Below are positions 58,377 to 64,000 of a stretch of 64,000 bases of DNA, one piece after another. Location: NCBI GenBank assembly GCA_965209155.1, contig OZ242383.1:2016001-2080000 (forward strand). Reading direction: 5' to 3'. The notes under the pieces were generated by a model. It made no database searches and was not told where the DNA came from. It saw only the letters and a program-made list of their open reading frames with translations. How positions within the stretch are numbered: position 1 is the stretch's first letter; each line of letters opens with the position of its first letter. Origin of the DNA: a bacterium. GTDB lineage: Bacteria; SAR324; NAC60-12. A program made the translations under genes and the position numbers.

Positions 58377-59042
58377 TCACAACCTGAAATGCTTCGAGAG
58401 GGCGGCAATTACAGCTTCATGCACCGTGGCAATAGAACCTGAGGCATCCACTTGGACAAAGCGATGCGGAGCTTCATTGACCAGCGCGGCATATCCATTT
58501 GCCACCCTCTCGAAGAAACTCAAGGATTCCTGTTCAAGCCGGTCCCCTTCTCCATCACGGTACCGCTCCCTGCGCGCCAGAGCCAATTGAGGAGTGATTT
58601 CCAAAAGGACTGTCACGTTCGGGCCATGAGGCTCAATCCATTCTTTCACAATGGAGTGGATTCCTTTCAAATCCAATTGCCGTCCAAATCCCTGGTAGGC
58701 GATGGTGGCGTCATGGAAACGATCACACAAAATCAATTGCCCTTTTTCCTTTGCCGGAAGGATGAGCTCGTGTAAATGTTGTAGTCTTGCCGCCAGGTAA
58801 AGCAGAAGCTCCGTTTGAACAATAAGATTGGAATTTTGCGGATCGAGGAGAATAGAGCGGATTTGCTCACTAACCATCGTCCCACCAGGCTCCCGTGTAG
58901 CCAATACGGAATATCCCCGTTCTTGAAACCATTCGCGTACTTTGTGGAGCTGCGTGGTTTTTCCACAACCGTCTAATCCTTCAAAAGTGATGAAAACTCC
59001 ACGTCCTTTGTGGTCCAACAGAAGGGGACGAGATTTTGCCAT
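58377..59042 (-). CDS. tmk: Thymidylate kinase
   Basis: FITFEGLDGCGKTTQ, REPGG, CDRF..AYQG. Confidence 0.97.
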   Translation of the reverse strand: MAKSRPLLLDHKGRGVFITFEGLDGCGKTTQLHKVREWFQERGYSVLATREPGGTMVSEQIRSILLDPQNSNLIVQTELLLYLAARLQHLHELILPAKEKGQLILCDRFHDATIAYQGFGRQLDLKGIHSIVKEWIEPHGPNVTVLLEITPQLALARRERYRDGEGDRLEQESLSFFERVANGYAALVNEAPHRFVQVDASGSIATVHEAVIAALSKHFRL

Positions 59043-59054
59043 AAATGTCTTTCG

Positions 59055-60173
59055 TTATTCAGAATTGATCTCACAGGCCCAAGAATGTAAACAGATAAAT
59101 TTTTTAAACAAAGGCCAAAGCATCTCCGGGGTCATATTTTTATGAATAAAACTCTCTCCGATTCTGCGAATGAGGATGAAGTCTACCGAATGTTGGGAGG
59201 ATTTTTTATCATGCAAAATCAGTTCCTGAAAACAGACAAAGTCCAGAGGCGGCATTCGTACCGGAGTGATGTGAGTTTTCAAAGAAGAGACGATTTGCTG
59301 AAAGGAGGATTCTGACAGAAACTGCAATTCTCGGGAAACAAAGGTCGCAAATACCATACCGACGCCCACGGCTTCTCCATGCAGATAGGCAGAATAGCCT
59401 GTGTGCGTTTCAATCAAATGTCCTAAAGTGTGACCAAAATTCAAGGTGGCCCTCACACCGGTTTCCTTCTCGTCATGCTGAACCACGCGGGTCTTCACAA
59501 GACACGAGGCTTCAATGGCTTGTTCTAAAACATCGAGGTCCCTGTCTTCCAGAAGACAGGGATGATTCTGCAAAAAATTAAACAAGGCAGCATTATGTAT
59601 TATGCCGTGTTTGAGCAATTCGAAGTATCCGGCTTTTAGTTCACGAGGCGGAAGTGATTTTAGAAATTCTAACTCTATGCACACAAAAACAGGCTGCTTG
59701 AAAGCACCAATCGTATTTTTTCCCAGCGGATGGTTGACCGAAGTTTTTCCTCCGATGCTACTGTCCACCTGCGAGAGTAGGGTTGTAGGCACCTGGATAT
59801 ATGGAATACCACGCATGAAAGTTGCTGCGGCAAAGCCGGTCATGTCACCAACCACCCCCCCTCCGAAAGCAATCAACAATGTTTTCCGATTGGCCTGTTT
59901 CTCGAGTAGAAAATCATAAATGCGATTCAGCATTTCCATGGTTTTATAGTATTCTCCGTCTGGCACAATGCAAGTCTCCACCGGTAAATTGAGGGAAGTC
60001 AGACATTGCCGGATATGGAAAGGATATTGCGCCTGAAGTGTGGTGTTGGTCACCGCCACAATCAATTCCGGGCCAAACTTTTGGACTGCCTCCGGGAGTT
60101 GGCTTTGCAAAATACCGGAGCCGATATGGATATCATATTCGTGTCCGGGGATTTGGACTGTTAATGTTTTCAT
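59055..60173 (-). CDS. aroB: 3-dehydroquinate synthase
   Basis: GGGVVGD, PTTLLSQVDSSIGGKT, LNFGHT, HGEAV. Confidence 0.97.
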   Translation of the reverse strand: MKTLTVQIPGHEYDIHIGSGILQSQLPEAVQKFGPELIVAVTNTTLQAQYPFHIRQCLTSLNLPVETCIVPDGEYYKTMEMLNRIYDFLLEKQANRKTLLIAFGGGVVGDMTGFAAATFMRGIPYIQVPTTLLSQVDSSIGGKTSVNHPLGKNTIGAFKQPVFVCIELEFLKSLPPRELKAGYFELLKHGIIHNAALFNFLQNHPCLLEDRDLDVLEQAIEASCLVKTRVVQHDEKETGVRATLNFGHTLGHLIETHTGYSAYLHGEAVGVGMVFATFVSRELQFLSESSFQQIVSSLKTHITPVRMPPLDFVCFQELILHDKKSSQHSVDFILIRRIGESFIHKNMTPEMLWPLFKKFICLHSWACEINSE

Positions 60174-60220
60174 AAAGACAAAGACTTTGGAACAGAAATG
60201 AATAGTGAATGATGAAACTT

Positions 60221-60838
60221 TCAGGTCGATTCAGGGAACTCGATCCATCCTTGCGCAAAGAAGTGCCAAAAAATATCTTCGATTGGAAATCCTACCACGT
60301 TGTTATAGGAGCCTCTGATCTTTTCGACCATCACGGTTCCGATCCCTTGAATGGAATATGCCCCGGCTTTGTCCAAGGGTTCTCCTGTGGCCACGTACCA
60401 ACGGATCCAATTTGTGGAGAAACGCTTGAATTTCACGTCAGTTCGGTGAGAAGCCTCAATATGCCCTCCCGACTGGGCATCCAGGAGAACATATGCGGAA
60501 TAAACCTGATGTTGTTGCCCATTCAATTTCTTTAAAATAGTACAGGCATGTTGAGCATCCCGTGGTTTTCCCAATACCTGCTGGTTGTGAAACACGGTGG
60601 TATCTCCGGAGATAATAATCGAATCGGGGAAAAATGAACTTCCCGCAACGGCCTTTTCATGCGCAATACGCAGTCCGTATGCCTGGACAGACTCACCTTG
60701 CCGTCTTGCTTCATCAACATCCGGTGTACAGCTATCAAAGGTTAAACCATAGCGTTTGAGTAATTCGTGACGTCTGGGAGAAGAAGATGCAAGGCATAGG
60801 TGACGTTTTTGAATGAATGAGGGTGCGCTGATCGACAA
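60221..60838 (-). CDS. maf: Maf-family nucleoside triphosphate pyrophosphatase
   Basis: LASSSPRR, DTTV, GKP, DKAGAYSIQG. Confidence 0.95.
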   Translation of the reverse strand: MSISAPSFIQKRHLCLASSSPRRHELLKRYGLTFDSCTPDVDEARRQGESVQAYGLRIAHEKAVAGSSFFPDSIIISGDTTVFHNQQVLGKPRDAQHACTILKKLNGQQHQVYSAYVLLDAQSGGHIEASHRTDVKFKRFSTNWIRWYVATGEPLDKAGAYSIQGIGTVMVEKIRGSYNNVVGFPIEDIFWHFFAQGWIEFPEST

Positions 60839-60860
60839 GGTAATCTGAATGGAGATGATT

Positions 60861-62762
60861 TTATTGAAATGCTACTTGCAGACGTTTCGCAAAAAGAGAT
60901 TGAGTGCTCTCGTGAATATCAGCGGATTGGTCGAGGGCGAGATAATTTTCTATATAGTAATCCAAGATTTTTTTGGCGATCGGCCCGGCGGCTTGGGAAC
61001 CCTTTCCTCCATGCTCTACCAAAACGACCACTGAAATTTCCGGATCATCCGCAGGACCAAAGGCGACAAACCAGGCATGATTCTGAAATTTTTTTTGATT
61101 TTTTTTCTCATCTTCCCAATTTTTCGTGGTCTTGTGTCCCACCACTTGAGCAGTTGCTGTTTTTCCAGCAATCCGCATGAATTTTGAACGAATCACTCGT
61201 CCCGTGCCGCGTTGCTCATTGACGGCCGCAAGCATACCATCACGGATGAGACTTAAAAACTCACGGGACAAACCCGTATGCTGATATTGAGGTAAATTTG
61301 GTTCTTGTGAAGCGCTTCCCAACGTTAATCGGGGTTGTACGGACACCCCCCCGTTAGCAATGATGTTTATAAAATTCAAAACCTGCAATGGCGTGGCCGT
61401 CACAAATCCTTGTCCGATCGCGACAGGAGGAGTTTCGCCCGGATACCAACGCTCTCCAAAGGTTTTCTTTTTCCAGGCACTACTTGGCATCAAACCCGAT
61501 TTTTCATCCAGGAGCGGAATACCGGTTTTCTTTCCAAAACCAAAACGTTTTCCATATTCGTGGAGAAGATCAATCCCCACTTTCTCGGCGACTTCGTAAA
61601 AGTAAACATTACAGGACTCTTTAATCGCTGTTCGTAAATCTACCGTTCCATGCCCCCCATACTCGTATCGCCAACATTTATAGGGTGTTCTGCGTCCCTT
61701 CAAATAGTAATATCCATTGCAGACGAAAGTGGATTGTTCATCAATGATGTTTTGATCCAATCCGGCATAAGCGGTCACTAATTTGAATATGGAACCGGGG
61801 GGATAAGTCCCTTGAATCGCTTTATTTTCCAAGGGATTTCCCGGATTATTCACCAGTCGCCTCCAGTCATTGCGACTGATTCCATCAGAAAACAAATTAG
61901 GATTGAAGCTTGGGAAACTCCCCATTCCTAAAATTTCTCCGGTTTTAGGACGCATGACGACCACGGCTCCACTTTTTTCCTGCATATTGCTGTATATGAA
62001 TTCCTGAATACGCGCATCAATGGTCAGGTAAATATCCTGTCCCGGAATGGGATTGACCGGCCTGCTCAACACCTTCAATTCACGTCCCAAATGATCCACT
62101 TCCACTTGTTTGCCTCCATCGGTTCCAATCAAAATATCATTTTGGATTTTCTCCATACTGGCCTGTCCCACGATATGCCCGGAACTCCGTTTGTTTTCAG
62201 GCATTTTTTCTTCTTGCGCCTCACTGCGGATTCCCACGTATCCTAAAATATGGGCGGCGATTTGATCATGGGGATAAAATCGTTTTGACCGGACCACAAT
62301 GGAAACTCCCGGAAAATCTTCTTGATAGGTTTCGGCGATAACGGCATTTTTGTATTCCAAATCCTTGTCCAAAATAACCGGTTTGAAAGGTGCTTGATGG
62401 CGATGGTCTTCCACTTTCTTTTTCAGGTCGACATACGATATATCAAGAGTTTCCGCAAGATTTCGCAGGGTTTTTTCCAAATCCGGGGTGTCTTCTCTAA
62501 TCAATTGCAAATGATAAGTGGGACGATTGTCTGCCAGGGCGATGCCATTGCGATCATATATGATCCCCCGTGGAGCGGGTTGCGGCACCAAACGGATACG
62601 ATTGCCCTGGGAATATTCCTCATATTTTTCTCCATTGATAATCTGTAAATACCATAATCGGGATGCCAACAAAGAAAAGATCAAGGCGATCACCAAGACA
62701 ATCACGGTAGTACGTATGCGGAATAATTTGAGCTCTTCGAGTGCCAGAGATTTTTTTTTCAT
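60861..62762 (-). CDS. mrdA: Penicillin-binding protein 2
   Basis: RGIIYDRNG, PGSIFK (SxxK), SCN, GKTAT. Confidence 0.96.
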   Translation of the reverse strand: MKKKSLALEELKLFRIRTTVIVLVIALIFSLLASRLWYLQIINGEKYEEYSQGNRIRLVPQPAPRGIIYDRNGIALADNRPTYHLQLIREDTPDLEKTLRNLAETLDISYVDLKKKVEDHRHQAPFKPVILDKDLEYKNAVIAETYQEDFPGVSIVVRSKRFYPHDQIAAHILGYVGIRSEAQEEKMPENKRSSGHIVGQASMEKIQNDILIGTDGGKQVEVDHLGRELKVLSRPVNPIPGQDIYLTIDARIQEFIYSNMQEKSGAVVVMRPKTGEILGMGSFPSFNPNLFSDGISRNDWRRLVNNPGNPLENKAIQGTYPPGSIFKLVTAYAGLDQNIIDEQSTFVCNGYYYLKGRRTPYKCWRYEYGGHGTVDLRTAIKESCNVYFYEVAEKVGIDLLHEYGKRFGFGKKTGIPLLDEKSGLMPSSAWKKKTFGERWYPGETPPVAIGQGFVTATPLQVLNFINIIANGGVSVQPRLTLGSASQEPNLPQYQHTGLSREFLSLIRDGMLAAVNEQRGTGRVIRSKFMRIAGKTATAQVVGHKTTKNWEDEKKNQKKFQNHAWFVAFGPADDPEISVVVLVEHGGKGSQAAGPIAKKILDYYIENYLALDQSADIHESTQSLFAKRLQVAFQ

Positions 62763-62875
62763 GAGCTATCGTACTTCGAAGGGACGGAAAATCGCGCCCC
62801 TTTCAATCAATTTGTTTGTGATTCGTTCAACTGACAAGAATTGATCTTGAAATTCATTCAAACTCCGGGATTGCT

Positions 62876-63397
62876 TCACCATCGAAAAGGAATGGAGGGT
62901 TTCTCTTCCGGTTTGAGATGAAGGATTCGTTCCGTACGAATCAATATCACTAAAAATAAAGGAGAAATCAATCCTTGAATAATTGCCACGAAAGAAACGG
63001 TCTGGAAAAAAAGTCGATTCCAAGAAAGATCTGAATTCACTAATTTGAACAAAGTCAGGGCGACCCCTCCTTCGAGCCAAGACAATGCTGCCACAATAAG
63101 AACAGTGGAAATCAAATTTTTGTCATAAAACCAAACGCCAATCCATCGCGTCAAAATCAAAATCAAAAAAAATGAAAGACCGTAGACCCCAATCATCGAA
63201 TGAGAAACTGCATCCGACATCAATCCCAAAGTCAAGCCGTAAAACAACAAAAAAGGCGATTTCCATCGCAACATCAGGATGAGCAATACGATCAAAACAA
63301 TATTGATTTTAAATCCTGCTATCTGGAGGTAGCTGCTGAAACCGGTTTCCAGCCAAAGAGCGAAGAGTCCGGCAATTCCCCAGTATAAATGAATCAT
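62876..63397 (-). CDS. mreD: Rod shape-determining protein MreD
   Basis: Polytopic membrane protein between mreC and mrdA. Confidence 0.88.
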   Translation of the reverse strand: MIHLYWGIAGLFALWLETGFSSYLQIAGFKINIVLIVLLILMLRWKSPFLLFYGLTLGLMSDAVSHSMIGVYGLSFFLILILTRWIGVWFYDKNLISTVLIVAALSWLEGGVALTLFKLVNSDLSWNRLFFQTVSFVAIIQGLISPLFLVILIRTERILHLKPEEKPSIPFRW

Positions 63398-64000
63398 TTT
63401 CCTGAAAGTAGTTTCTCATTTGCGTGAATATCGTCCTTGATAACGATAAATACGCCTTCAATTTTGTCGAAATCGACAATGGGGGTCAATTCTGCAGTTT
63501 GAAACATCGCATGATCCTCTTGATTTACTTGCGTAACCGTCCCAACCAGGATTCCTTTGGGAAACAATCCACTCAATCCGTTGGTCACCACCCTGTCACC
63601 GACTTTGACGTCGGCCCGCAGGTGGATCCTTCTCAACTCCAGGTCGTCTCCAGTTCCGTATACCAGACCTTTGACACGGGTGCGTTGCAGGATTGCCGGA
63701 AAGCGGCTGCGTCTATCCAGAATCAACTGAACGGTCGACTGAAAAGGCGAGACTGTCTGAATGCGACCCACCACTCCTTCTTTTAAAACGACTGCAAAAT
63801 TCCGTTGAATTCCATCTCTGGAACCACGATTGATTTGCAGAGTTTGATGAAAGTTATCAATCGATTCTCCAATGACTTCCGAAAAAACTTTCTCAAGCGG
63901 ATTTTCTTCTGCAAATTCCAGTTGTACCTTCAATCGATGATAGCGGACGGATTCTTCAATATAACGATTGATTTCCTCTTTCAAAGCAACTACCTGTTGT
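63394..64000 (-). CDS. mreC: Rod shape-determining protein MreC (5' end outside the window)
   Basis: INRGSRDGI, GVVGRI, VVTNGLSGLFPKGI.VG.V. Confidence 0.93.
   Translation of the reverse strand, partial: QQVVALKEEINRYIEESVRYHRLKVQLEFAEENPLEKVFSEVIGESIDNFHQTLQINRGSRDGIQRNFAVVLKEGVVGRIQTVSPFQSTVQLILDRRSRFPAILQRTRVKGLVYGTGDDLELRRIHLRADVKVGDRVVTNGLSGLFPKGILVGTVTQVNQEDHAMFQTAELTPIVDFDKIEGVFIVIKDDIHANEKLLSGK

Overview
A 64-kb bacterial window with three zones; the housekeeping genes look Gram-negative and deltaproteobacteria/SAR324-like, which is an impression and was not tested. (1) 1-23 kb is an accessory, decaying region. It holds a repeat-rich lipoprotein, a D-2-hydroxyacid dehydrogenase, peptide ABC ATPases, a PpiC-type protein, a porin, a RelE-type TA pair, a CpxP/R/A-like module and an MFS transporter. 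It also carries IS91/ISCR remnants flanking cargo genes, an IS5 element, xisH/xisI, several MITEs and gene fossils. (2) 23.4-44.9 kb is a defence island built on a type I R-M system whose hsdM, hsdS and hsdR are separated by cargo. The cargo comprises two ThsB-like TIR genes, a Dcm/GHKL-nuclease/Vsr module, an OLD nuclease, an AlbA_2 protein and an inactivated ABC-ATPase/DUF4276 pair. The most interesting element is a tightly coupled five-gene cassette: hypothetical - TIR - Nmad2 - MazG/MazG_C - UDG-family glycosylase. It is a candidate nucleotide-modification-based anti-phage system with no canonical Thoeris effector. (3) 45.9-64 kb is core chromosome: tpiA, secG, sixA, pyk, a GT-C glycosyltransferase, modB, moaC, moeA, recD2, holB, tmk, aroB, maf, mrdA, mreD, mreC. 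No complete rRNA, tRNA or CRISPR array was seen. All family calls come from motif recognition by eye, not from database searches.
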